From contig JAAYBJ010000278.1 in NCBI GenBank assembly GCA_012730105.1, positions 444-64,443 of the forward strand: a stretch of 64,000 nucleotides of DNA, given 5' to 3'. Shown here piece by piece: positions 46,291 through 54,813 of this stretch. A program made the position numbers and the translations under genes. The notes under the pieces were generated by a model, which ran no database searches, had not been told where the DNA came from, and worked only from the letters and a program-made list of their open reading frames with translations. Each line of letters opens with the position of its first letter. Within the stretch, counting starts at the first letter, position 1. Source of the stretch: Candidatus Hydrogenedentota bacterium. Its GTDB lineage: Bacteria > Hydrogenedentota > Hydrogenedentia > Hydrogenedentales > CAITNO01.

Positions 46291-46902
46291 TTAACGCGAG
46301 TAGAACCCAATGATGCTCGTGGTATCGAATTGTACCGGGATGTTGGCAATGTTCGGCGTGCCGATCATTTTCCCTTCAAAGGATTTGGCCGCGCGCTCCA
46401 GGTATTCCGGCAGTTCCATGGGCGGATTCTCGGCGCCGTCGACGATAATAGGAATCTTGCGGCTCCGCGGGCGTATTGCAATGACCATGCCGGGCTTGAC
46501 CAGGAAAGAAGGAATATTGACCTTCTCGCCGTCCACAAGAACGTGGCAATGGTTGACCATCTGGCGGGCGGAGAAGATGGTCGGCGCGAAACCGAGCCGC
46601 CATACCACCGTGTCCAGGCGGGACTCGAGCAGCATCAGCAGGTTGGTGCCCGTGTTGCCGCCCAGGCGCCGGGCCTGGTCGAAAATGCGGCGCATCTGGC
46701 GTTCCATGATGCCGCCGTAATACATGCGCAGTTTCTGCTTTTCAAGCAGTTGAATGCCGTACACCGAAAGCTTGCGGCGCAGGTTTTTACCATGCTGGCC
46801 GGGGGGATAGGGGCGTTTTTCCGCAGGGCTGCCCGAACGTCCCCAGATGCATTTGCCCACGCGACGGCTTAATTTGTGTTTGGGACCGCGATATTTTGCC
46901 AT
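46291..46902 (-). CDS. rpsD: 30S ribosomal protein S4
   Basis: MAKYRGPKHKLSRRVG N-terminus; 203 aa. Confidence 0.9.
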   Translation of the reverse strand: MAKYRGPKHKLSRRVGKCIWGRSGSPAEKRPYPPGQHGKNLRRKLSVYGIQLLEKQKLRMYYGGIMERQMRRIFDQARRLGGNTGTNLLMLLESRLDTVVWRLGFAPTIFSARQMVNHCHVLVDGEKVNIPSFLVKPGMVIAIRPRSRKIPIIVDGAENPPMELPEYLERAAKSFEGKMIGTPNIANIPVQFDTTSIIGFYSR

Positions 46903-47090
46903 AACCTTGATTCAATCCTTTTCTAAACACATTTACAGCCGCGTCTGTTCAGGGCGACAAGCCTTCCCTTGCAGACACAGCCCACCCCGTTCGAGAAGTA
47001 CGGGAAGCAAGATGATACTTCAGCGCCCGGGGCGAATTCAACCCGTAGTATACACACACGCGTACATTACCGCGCGGGATTAGACAAAAA

Positions 47091-47167
47091 TGGCGTACCC
47101 GGAGGGACTCGAACCCCCAACCTTCTGGTCCGTAGCCAGACGCTCTATCCAATTGAGCCACGGGTAC
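47091..47167 (-). tRNA. tRNA-Arg (anticodon ACG)
   Basis: Cloverleaf folded by hand. Acceptor GTACCCG/CGGGTAC. D-stem GCTC/GAGC. Anticodon stem TCTGG/CCAGA with loop CTACGGA. T-arm GGGGG TTCGAGT CCCTC. Discriminator G; CCA encoded. Confidence 0.8.
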
Positions 47168-47409
47168 ACAAGACAGCTTGCAGGAAAATACTCTATCAAA
47201 AAACGAGTCCTCGATTCAAGTTTTATTGATACGGGAATGCAGGGGCGCCGGACGGGGTGCATAAGAACTTGGCAATCGGTGTTTTCCAATTGTTATACTA
47301 CGCTTCCATTCCCCATGTAACACAAAGACGCAGGGGAACACTCTTCCCGGAAATAATCGACGATTGCACAGGCACTGATAGCGGCTTGTCGAGGCGTAAG
47401 GAGTTTTCA

Positions 47410-48585
47410 TTGACTGGTCGGGCGGTACATTTTGGCGCGGGCAGCATCGGCCGCGGTTTTCTCGGACAGATCTATTGTGAAAGCGGATACCAGACCACCT
47501 TCATAGACGTGGTCAAACCCGTGGTGGACGCCCTTAACCTTCGGGGCGCCTATCCGCTTCACGAGGTTTCGGACGAGGGCGGGCGCACCCTTGTCATTGA
47601 CCGGGTAAACGCCGTGGACGGAAGCGATATCGAGGCTGCCTCGACAGCCCTGGCCGCGGCGGACATTGCCTCCACTGCGGTGGGGCTCCACGCGCTGCCC
47701 CATATCGCGCCGGTGATTGCCGCCGCGATTGTGCGCCGATTCAGCCGGAATGACGCGCCGCCCCTTGATATTATCGTTTGTGAGAATTTAAAGAACGGTG
47801 AAGCGCATATGCGTGCCCTGGTGGCCGCCCACTTGGAGAAGAATCATCTGCCCTTGCTGGAAACGCGGGTTGGATTCGTGGAGGCGAGTATCGGGCGGAT
47901 GGTGCCGGTGGTCACGCCCGAACAGCGTGCGGAGGATCCGCTTGCCGTATGGGTGGAACCCTACTGCGAATTGCCGGTGGATGTCCGGGGGTTCAGGGGG
48001 CCGGTGCCTGAACTCAGGTATCTCAAACCCGCCTCCAATTTCGCCGCCTATGTCGAGCGCAAATTGTTTGTTCATAACCTCACCCACGCGGCAACGGCCT
48101 ACCTGGGTTACCGGCGGGGATACCGGTTTATTTACGAGGCCATCCGCGATGCCTCGGTGCGCGCGTCCGTGGAAGCGGCCGGCCGGGAAAGCTGTGCCGC
48201 GCTGGTAAAAAAATACGGCACGGGCGCCGGTGATGTTGAGGCGCATCGGCAGGACTTGATTTTGCGTTATCACAACCGCGCGCTGGCCGACCGGGTGGAC
48301 CGGGTGGGGCGCGATCCCGAACGCAAGCTCGGCCCGGAAGACAGGCTTATCGGCGCCATGCGTCTGTGCCTCGGCCAGGGAGTCGTTCCCGAGGCCGTGG
48401 CAAAGGCCGTAGCGGCCGCCATTCTTTACGACAACCCAGAAGACCCGGCCGTACCGAAGATTCAGTCGTTAATACGAGACGGCGGCGTTGACGCCGTACT
48501 CCAGGATATCTGCGGCCTGTCCGCCGATTCTTCGGAGGCGGCCATGATTCGCGCCGCTGTTCAATCCATGATGAGCGATATATAA
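47410..48585 (+). CDS. Mannitol dehydrogenase family protein (mannitol-1-phosphate 5-dehydrogenase-like)
   Basis: VHFGAGSIGRGFLGQIY Rossmann N-terminus, as in MtlD. The start is probably TTG 47410 with GGAG upstream. The ORF-track start at 47257 looks like an upstream extension. Confidence 0.65.
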   Translation: MTGRAVHFGAGSIGRGFLGQIYCESGYQTTFIDVVKPVVDALNLRGAYPLHEVSDEGGRTLVIDRVNAVDGSDIEAASTALAAADIASTAVGLHALPHIAPVIAAAIVRRFSRNDAPPLDIIVCENLKNGEAHMRALVAAHLEKNHLPLLETRVGFVEASIGRMVPVVTPEQRAEDPLAVWVEPYCELPVDVRGFRGPVPELRYLKPASNFAAYVERKLFVHNLTHAATAYLGYRRGYRFIYEAIRDASVRASVEAAGRESCAALVKKYGTGAGDVEAHRQDLILRYHNRALADRVDRVGRDPERKLGPEDRLIGAMRLCLGQGVVPEAVAKAVAAAILYDNPEDPAVPKIQSLIRDGGVDAVLQDICGLSADSSEAAMIRAAVQSMMSDI

Positions 48586-48591
48586 GGAAAG

Positions 48592-49935
48592 ATGACCATG
48601 CAGGAAATTCTACTGCCCAAAATGGGCAACTCGGTGGAAGAAGCGGAAATAGTAAAGTGGTTCAAGCAGGAAGGCGATGCCGTGGAACTGGGGGACCCCC
48701 TGTTTTCCATTCAAACGGACAAGGCCGAGGTGGAGTGTGAGAGCACGGCCTCGGGCATCCTGCGCAAGATACTCGTACCGGAAGGTGTGGAAGTGCCCGT
48801 GCTTACCGTGGTGGCCCTGGTGGGCGGCGCGGATGAGGCGCTTCCGGATCTTGCCTGCTATGGCAAAGGCGGAGCGGTCTCGGCGGCCCCGCTCTCCGAG
48901 CCGGCGGCGGTTGCACCGGCGGCGCCAGCGCCTGCAGCAACAACGAGTGTCTCCCCGACCGCGCCCGCAGGTGGTGCGTCCGTATCGCCGCGTGCGAGAA
49001 AGGCCGCCGCGGAGCGTGGCATCGATCCCGCGACCCTCGCCGGTTCGGGTGTTGGTGGCCGTGTCATGGAAACGGATGTTTTGGCTGCGGGCGGCGCCCC
49101 GGCGGGGTCGGCAAAGATGACGCCTACCGCGCGCCGCATGATTGAAAATGCGGGCATTCCGTCATCGGTCATCCAGGGTACCGGCATTGGCGGCAAAGTC
49201 ACTAAGGACGATGTGAGCCGGGCGTTGGCAGCGCCCCCAGCGGCTGCGTCCGCCGCGCCCGCCCCCGATGGCGTCGGGCCGCGCCGAGTGCCGCTTACGC
49301 CGATGCGGCGCATAATCGCCGAGCGCATGAGCGCCAGCAAGTACAGCGCCCCGCATTATTATGTGACCGTCGAGGTGGACATGCAGGCGGCCAAGGAATT
49401 CCGTGGACGCCTCAAGGCCTTCAAGGCGTCTTACAATGATCTGGTTCTGTTCGCCACCGCGCGGGCGTTGCGCGAATTCCCCAATGTGAACGCCCGATGG
49501 GCGGGCGATGCCATAGAAGAGGGCGGTGACGTGAATCTGGGCATGGCCGTGGCCCTGCCCGCCGGCCTGATGGTGCCGGTCATCCGGCAGGCGCAATTGT
49601 TGTCCCTGGAAGGCTTGTGCGCCGCGTCCAAAGCCCTCGCGGAAAAAGCCCAGTCCGGGAAACTGCTGCCCGACGATTACCAAGGCAACACTTTTACCGT
49701 TTCCAACCTGGGCGCTTTTGGCGTGGATCATTTTACGGCTATTATCAACCAGCCCGACAGCGCCATTCTGGCCATCGGACAGATGAAGGACCGGGTGGTG
49801 GTCATTGACGGCGGCATGCATATCCGCCCCATTATGAAATTGACCTTGTCCAGCGATCATCGGGTGATCGACGGCGCCATGGCCGCGAAATTTATGGGAC
49901 GCCTCAGGGAAATTCTGGAAGAAGCCGCGTTCTGA
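48592..49935 (+). CDS. Dihydrolipoamide acyltransferase (E2 component of 2-oxoacid dehydrogenase complex)
   Basis: Lipoyl domain (SIQTDKAEVECES), Ala/Pro linker, E3-binding segment, catalytic DHRVIDGA. Confidence 0.85.
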   Translation: MTMQEILLPKMGNSVEEAEIVKWFKQEGDAVELGDPLFSIQTDKAEVECESTASGILRKILVPEGVEVPVLTVVALVGGADEALPDLACYGKGGAVSAAPLSEPAAVAPAAPAPAATTSVSPTAPAGGASVSPRARKAAAERGIDPATLAGSGVGGRVMETDVLAAGGAPAGSAKMTPTARRMIENAGIPSSVIQGTGIGGKVTKDDVSRALAAPPAAASAAPAPDGVGPRRVPLTPMRRIIAERMSASKYSAPHYYVTVEVDMQAAKEFRGRLKAFKASYNDLVLFATARALREFPNVNARWAGDAIEEGGDVNLGMAVALPAGLMVPVIRQAQLLSLEGLCAASKALAEKAQSGKLLPDDYQGNTFTVSNLGAFGVDHFTAIINQPDSAILAIGQMKDRVVVIDGGMHIRPIMKLTLSSDHRVIDGAMAAKFMGRLREILEEAAF

Positions 49936-49965
49936 GACGGCGGCAACCATAGGAGAAATACCGAC

Positions 49966-51363
49966 ATGATCGAGTATGACGTTGTTGTAATCGGCGCCGG
50001 GCCCGGCGGCTATGTCGCCGCGATTCGCGCGGCCCAGCGCGGCGCGAAAACCGCTGTGGTCGAACGCGGTCCTTTGGGTGGCGTCTGTCTGAATATCGGG
50101 TGTATTCCCACGAAGACGCTCATTCATACGGCGGGCTTGTTTCACAAACTGCAGCATGCCGAGGAATTCGGCCTGGTCATTAAAGACCTCAAACTCGACA
50201 TGAAACGCCTCCTCGCGCGCAAGGACAAGGTGGTGGGCATCAATACCGGCGGCATACAGGGCCTGTTCAAGGCCAACGGCATCGCCTTGTACCAGGGCGA
50301 GGCAGCCCTTCCCGCGCCGGGTATCGTCCGCGTGGGCAAGGAAGAACTGCGTGCGGCGAAAATCATCATTGCCACGGGCGGACGGCCCGCCCAGCTCCCC
50401 GGCTTTGAGTTCGACGGCAAGGTGGTCATCGGCAGCACCGACGCGTTGCGTATGGACCGTGTGCCCAAAAGCGTGGCCATTATCGGGGCCGGGGCCATCG
50501 GCGCCGAGTTCGCCTCCATCTGGAACGCTTTCGGAGCGAAAGTAACTCTGATCGAAATGATGCCGACTGTGTTGCCCCGTGCTGATGAGGAACCGGCGAA
50601 GGTGTTGGAGCGGGTGTTTAAAAAGAACGGCATGGACGTGCGGACCGGGACCACGGTCGCTAAAATTGACCGCTTGAAATCGGGGGCGAAACTGCATCTC
50701 GAGGGAAAACATCCGGGGGTGGTGGAAGCCGAAATCGTCCTGGTGGCTATCGGCGTCCGCTGTAACTCCGAACTGGTCGCGGACAATCCCGCTCTCGGAA
50801 TCAAACTGGGCAAGCGGGGCGGCATTATCGTTAATGACCGCCTCGAAACGGACGCGCCCGGCGTGTATGCCGTGGGGGATGTTATCGATCGGACCTGGCT
50901 TGCCCATGGCGCCTCGGCGGAGGGTATTGTGGCCGCCACCAACTGCACTGGCGGTTCCAGGCGAATTAACTATCGCGTGCTGCCCGCCTGCAACTTCACC
51001 GAGCCTGAGCTGGCGAGCGTGGGACTTACCGAGAGCCAGGCGAAAGAGCAGGGATATGAAGTGAAGACAGGGCGCTTTATGTTTGCCGCCAACGGGCGCG
51101 CCCACTCCATCGGCAGCACAGACGGCATGGTCAAGATTATCGGTGACGCCGCCACGGACGAAATCCTGGGCGTTCACATACTCGGCCCCGAGGCGGGCGA
51201 AATGATTGCCGCGGCGGCGCTGGCCATGGGCATGGAGGCCACCGTCGAGGAAATTGTCAATACCATACATACCCACCCGACCTTGTCCGAGGCGTTGCTG
51301 GAAGCCGCCGAAGACTATTACGGCATGGGTATTCATTCAAAACCGGTCGCACGAAAAAAATAA
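49966..51363 (+). CDS. lpdA: Dihydrolipoyl dehydrogenase (E3)
   Basis: GAGPGGYVAAIRAAQRG FAD site. Redox disulfide GGVCLNIGCIPTK. Confidence 0.9.
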   Translation: MIEYDVVVIGAGPGGYVAAIRAAQRGAKTAVVERGPLGGVCLNIGCIPTKTLIHTAGLFHKLQHAEEFGLVIKDLKLDMKRLLARKDKVVGINTGGIQGLFKANGIALYQGEAALPAPGIVRVGKEELRAAKIIIATGGRPAQLPGFEFDGKVVIGSTDALRMDRVPKSVAIIGAGAIGAEFASIWNAFGAKVTLIEMMPTVLPRADEEPAKVLERVFKKNGMDVRTGTTVAKIDRLKSGAKLHLEGKHPGVVEAEIVLVAIGVRCNSELVADNPALGIKLGKRGGIIVNDRLETDAPGVYAVGDVIDRTWLAHGASAEGIVAATNCTGGSRRINYRVLPACNFTEPELASVGLTESQAKEQGYEVKTGRFMFAANGRAHSIGSTDGMVKIIGDAATDEILGVHILGPEAGEMIAAAALAMGMEATVEEIVNTIHTHPTLSEALLEAAEDYYGMGIHSKPVARKK

Positions 51364-51504
51364 GGACAAGGGCGGGCTTTGGACGGCCTTTTCTGACACC
51401 CGTTCCACAAGCCGGAGAATCTCTTGCACATTCTAGCGAGAACGTTTATAATTTATTTATATAGTATGTAGTGCCGTGTCCTTATTTCTATTCAAGGAAG
51501 GGGT

Positions 51505-53241
51505 ATGGATATGAACGTATCCGAAACGTTGGAGAAACTGACCCGGTTAATGGATGACATGGACGCCCTGTATGCGCGGTCCATCGGCGACATCGAGGAA
51601 AAACTGGAAGCGGCGCGGGGTGCGGTGTCGGTAGCAATGCTGCCGCGTGAATCAGCCCCGGAAAAGCAGGGTCAATCCCTGGAGGAGAATGCGTCGCTAC
51701 AGGTGGAAATTGGTCAGTTAAAAGCGACAATCGCGGAACTCGAAGGGGGAGTGGAAGACGGGGAGCGTGGGCGGGGTGTGCTGGAGGAAAGTATCCGGGG
51801 GTTGCAAAGCCAGCTCGGAGAACGGGATACGCTTTTGCAGTCGGTACAAAACGAATTGTTGCTGGCCCGGGAAAAAGTCGCCAAAATGGATGAACTCGAA
51901 AGGGCAGCTGCGGAATGCGAACTTCTTCGCGGGGATCTTCAGGCAAAAAATGAGGAGTTGGAGCGGCTGAGCGCGGCGCTGGAGGAACTCCAGGTAAGAG
52001 CCGGACAGGCCACTGAACTGGAACAGAGCCTTCAGGAACGCGATGGGAGCCTTCGTGAACTGGAGGAAAAACTGGCGGCGCTTGAACAGGGGGCCCGGGA
52101 AAAAGAAACCGCCCTGGAGACCTCCTGCGCCGAGCTGAAAACTTCTTTGGAAGGGGTCACCGGTGAGCTTGAGGTGTTGCGGACGGAGTACCAGGCGCAG
52201 GGGGAGGCGTTGAACGCGCACAAGACCGAACGCGAGTCCTTTACCAATGAACTGGACATCCTGCGCATGGACCACCAGGCTATGCTCACTGAACTCGAAG
52301 AGCATAAGGCGTTGGCGGAAAAGGCGCGCGAGCAGTTGGCGGCTCTGGAATCTGAAAAAGCGCAGGTCGCGAAACAACTTGAAGAAATACAGAATGCAAA
52401 AGGGGACAGGGAGAAATTGGAACAACTGCTTCAGCAGCGCGAGGAAAAAGTAGGCGAGCTGGAACAGGCGTTGACCAAAACCAATGAAGAGCGCGAAAAA
52501 GCGGAGTTGCAAGCCAAAATGCTGATGGGGCAGATGGACAGCCTGCAATATCAACAACGGGAAATGGAAACGCTCAAGGAACATGTGGCGCGCTTGGAAG
52601 GGGAATTGGAGCGGGAGCGTGCCACGGTGCTGCGCCTCAAAGCGCAAGGCCCCGCGCCTGCTGCCCCCATTGTGAAAAAAGGCGAGGGCAGAGATTCGGA
52701 TTACATGGTTTCCCCGCCGGCACTCAACGAGGAACCGGCCCCGGCCCCGGCCAAAAAACTTACCGTCAATTTTGAGCGGAGCCGACGGGGCCAGCGCAAG
52801 CGCATCGGGGAAATCCTGATGGAGGCTGAAGTCATAACCCAGGAACAACTGGATACGGCGCTGAAATTAAAAACAAAGGATCCCAGACGTCGTGTAGGCA
52901 GTATTCTTGTTGAACTCGGCCATGTCACCGAGGCGATTGTCGCCGCCGCACTGGCTGCCCAGTTGCGCATGCGTTATATTGAAGACCTGAACCAGGAATT
53001 GGATCCCGGGGTCATCCAGTTTGTGCCTCCCCATATCGCGCGAAATCACCGGTGCGTGCCGCTGATGCTTAACGCGGGCACGCTGGTGGTGGCCATGGCC
53101 AATCCACTGGATCTGATCGCCATCGAGGATATAGAAATCGCTTCAAACATGCGGGTGGAGCCCGTCGTGTCTTCGTCGTCGGATATTGATACGGCGATTA
53201 CCCGGTACTACCTGCGTAATGGCGCGATGGCGAATCACTGA
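51505..53241 (+). CDS. Coiled-coil protein with C-terminal T2SS-E N-terminal (MshEN-like, putative c-di-GMP-binding) domain
   Basis: About 400 aa of heptad-rich E/L/Q/R sequence. The C-terminus has two MshEN-like motifs, RIGEILMEAEVITQEQLDTALKLK and RVGSILVELGHVTEAIVAAALAAQ. Confidence 0.55.
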   Translation: MDMNVSETLEKLTRLMDDMDALYARSIGDIEEKLEAARGAVSVAMLPRESAPEKQGQSLEENASLQVEIGQLKATIAELEGGVEDGERGRGVLEESIRGLQSQLGERDTLLQSVQNELLLAREKVAKMDELERAAAECELLRGDLQAKNEELERLSAALEELQVRAGQATELEQSLQERDGSLRELEEKLAALEQGAREKETALETSCAELKTSLEGVTGELEVLRTEYQAQGEALNAHKTERESFTNELDILRMDHQAMLTELEEHKALAEKAREQLAALESEKAQVAKQLEEIQNAKGDREKLEQLLQQREEKVGELEQALTKTNEEREKAELQAKMLMGQMDSLQYQQREMETLKEHVARLEGELERERATVLRLKAQGPAPAAPIVKKGEGRDSDYMVSPPALNEEPAPAPAKKLTVNFERSRRGQRKRIGEILMEAEVITQEQLDTALKLKTKDPRRRVGSILVELGHVTEAIVAAALAAQLRMRYIEDLNQELDPGVIQFVPPHIARNHRCVPLMLNAGTLVVAMANPLDLIAIEDIEIASNMRVEPVVSSSSDIDTAITRYYLRNGAMANH

Positions 53242-53308
53242 CCGTCTCCGAATGGTGCGGCATGACGGTGCAAGTGCCAGAATCCGCCTGTCTTAAAACA
53301 GGCCCTGT

Positions 53309-53330
53309 CGCCGTTAGTGCGGCGTTTTAT
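53309..53330 (+). terminator. Candidate terminator after coiled-coil gene
   Basis: cgccg ttagtg cggcg followed by ttttat. Confidence 0.35.
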
Positions 53331-53409
53331 CGGGGGCGGTATCCGCGGGATGAACAACACTCTTTGGGGCGGATGAATCTCGCGACGTTGTATTCAGAAA
53401 GGAAACAGC

Positions 53410-54444
53410 ATGTCTTGGGAACCTGTTGTGATTTGCGGCGCTTTAAGCCTGATGGGATTGCCTTCAAACTGGCAGGGCGCCGTGCCGGAAGTTTCCAATA
53501 TCTACGGCGCCGCAAATCGATTGTTTGACCGCTACGATGTAATCCTGGCGCCGGACACCATCGCACCGGGTTGGTGGGCGGGCGCCCCTTCCGTGCTGCG
53601 CGACAAGGAAGGCGTTTTCTGGCTGGCCTGCAGGATGCGCACCGCCGAGGGACCCCGCGGGTTGCGAGGTTACGAACTTAGAATCCTGCGCAGCGAGGAT
53701 GGAATTGATTTTGAAACCGTGCACCGAATACGCCGCGAAGAGGTGCCGATACCCGGGTTTGAACGTCCCGCGTTGTTGACCGACCCCGAAACGGGCCGGT
53801 TTAAACTCTATGCCTGTGGTCCCTGGCAGGGCGGCCCCTGGTCCATTATCAAGTTTGACGATGCCGACAACCCGGACTTGTTTCGCCCTGAAACCGCCCG
53901 GGTCGTCATAGGTCCCATGGCCAAGACCCACGAGTTTGACGTGCCCCCGGACGAGTATAAGGATCCGGTGATCATCCACGCGAACGGCGCTTATCACTGT
54001 TATGTCATTGGCGTGGTGCGCCGGACGGAACGGGTGTTCCACTTTACCAGCGCCGACGGGGCAGTCTGGCAGCCCGTGGGCAATCCTTACGAACCAATTC
54101 TAAACCTGCAGGACTGGCATAACTTTTATGTGCGTCCGGCCAGTGTTTTGCCCGTGGGCGTGGGGTACCTCTTTATTTACGAAGGCTCCAAGGTCAGTTG
54201 GTACGAGCCCGTGTATAACATTATGACGGGAATAGGCTTTACGTTTGACCTGCATACTATCATTGATCTGACGCCGGCATCACCGCTTGTCAAGAGCGCC
54301 ACGCCCAGCGCGACCCATCATACCTGGCGTTACTCGCATTGGATGTATGTGGAAGATGAAATCTGGATCTATGCCGAAGTGGCCACGCCCGAAGGCACCC
54401 ATGAAATACGGCGTTTCACGATTCCTGTTAAGAAATGGCTGTGA
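53410..54444 (+). CDS. Hypothetical protein (possible beta-propeller glycosidase-like fold)
   Basis: 344-aa ORF with good coding character. No recognisable motif by eye. Confidence 0.4.
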   Translation: MSWEPVVICGALSLMGLPSNWQGAVPEVSNIYGAANRLFDRYDVILAPDTIAPGWWAGAPSVLRDKEGVFWLACRMRTAEGPRGLRGYELRILRSEDGIDFETVHRIRREEVPIPGFERPALLTDPETGRFKLYACGPWQGGPWSIIKFDDADNPDLFRPETARVVIGPMAKTHEFDVPPDEYKDPVIIHANGAYHCYVIGVVRRTERVFHFTSADGAVWQPVGNPYEPILNLQDWHNFYVRPASVLPVGVGYLFIYEGSKVSWYEPVYNIMTGIGFTFDLHTIIDLTPASPLVKSATPSATHHTWRYSHWMYVEDEIWIYAEVATPEGTHEIRRFTIPVKKWL

Positions 54445-54530
54445 GGAGGGTTGCTTGGAAATTTGTGAAGTTCCGGGGACTGCTCTGAAAATTTAACTGA
54501 CGGGCTGCAAATAAACCTGATGTAATTACT

Positions 54531-54620
54531 GAATGTAGAAGCGGCGTTCCCGCCGCTTTCAATGCGCCAAGAATGCGGCGTCGATATTTTCATTGTTTAT
54601 GGGGGAGGCATAGCCTCATG
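54531..54620 (+). repeat. Structured ~90-bp intergenic repeat element, copy 1 (copy 2 at 63115..63204)
   Basis: gaatgtagaaGCGGCGttccCGCCGCtttcaa ... ggggaggcatagcctcatg. About 85% identical to copy 2. Both copies lie just after stop codons of plus-strand genes. Confidence 0.7.
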
Positions 54621-54730
54621 AATGGCTGTCTCTTTTTTCCGGGCTTGTGCGCACGAGGATAATGACTCGAGGTTCGTACTCTTGCCCCTGTTGCACTTTT
54701 TCGATTATGAGTGCGAGATGTGAGCACGCG

Positions 54731-54790
54731 TTATGAGCACGAATACTATGGGGCGTTGGATTGCGGGCAAGGCCCGCGTTGGTCTAGTAA
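54731..54790 (+). promoter_or_regulatory. Conserved leader motif with GCGGGCAAGGCCCGC palindrome, copy 1 (other copies 61611..61667 and 61795..61836)
   Basis: ttatgagcacgaatactatggggcgttggattgcgggcaaggcccgcgttggtctagtaa. Lies 24 bp upstream of ATG 54814. Confidence 0.55.
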
Positions 54791-54813
54791 AACTTGTTAA
54801 GAAAGGGATATGC

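Noticed and set aside
46903-47090. Scanned gaps 46903-47090 and 47170-47409 for additional tRNA or other RNA genes.
   Set aside because: No cloverleaf-compatible acceptor or T-arm (GTTCGA/TTCGA) signatures were found apart from the two tRNAs reported.
49162-51336. 724-aa minus-strand ORF spanning the E2/E3 genes. Similar long antisense ORFs are at 39236..40237, 28393..29535, 27523..28296, 7046..8077, 13937..14653, 17150..17995, 33693..35054, 51718..52848 and 30665..31474.
   Set aside because: These are antisense to genes with clear conserved motifs (lipoyl-E2, LpdA, DUF72, giant protein, TamB and others). Their translations are low-complexity and Arg/Gly/Pro-rich, which is the typical high-GC stop-codon-depletion artefact.
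48592-51363. E2-E3 pair without adjacent E1 considered as an anomaly.
   Set aside because: E1 genes are frequently encoded elsewhere and the upstream gene is unrelated (mannitol-DH family). This is not informative within one window.
54733-54813. N-terminal extensions of the ORF-track CDSs at 54733, 61798 and 47257.
   Set aside because: The extensions run through the conserved leader/repeat DNA and precede obvious signal peptides (MRFLVSVLIALFL; MKQLHLGIIAGM) or a Rossmann start. The downstream starts were preferred.
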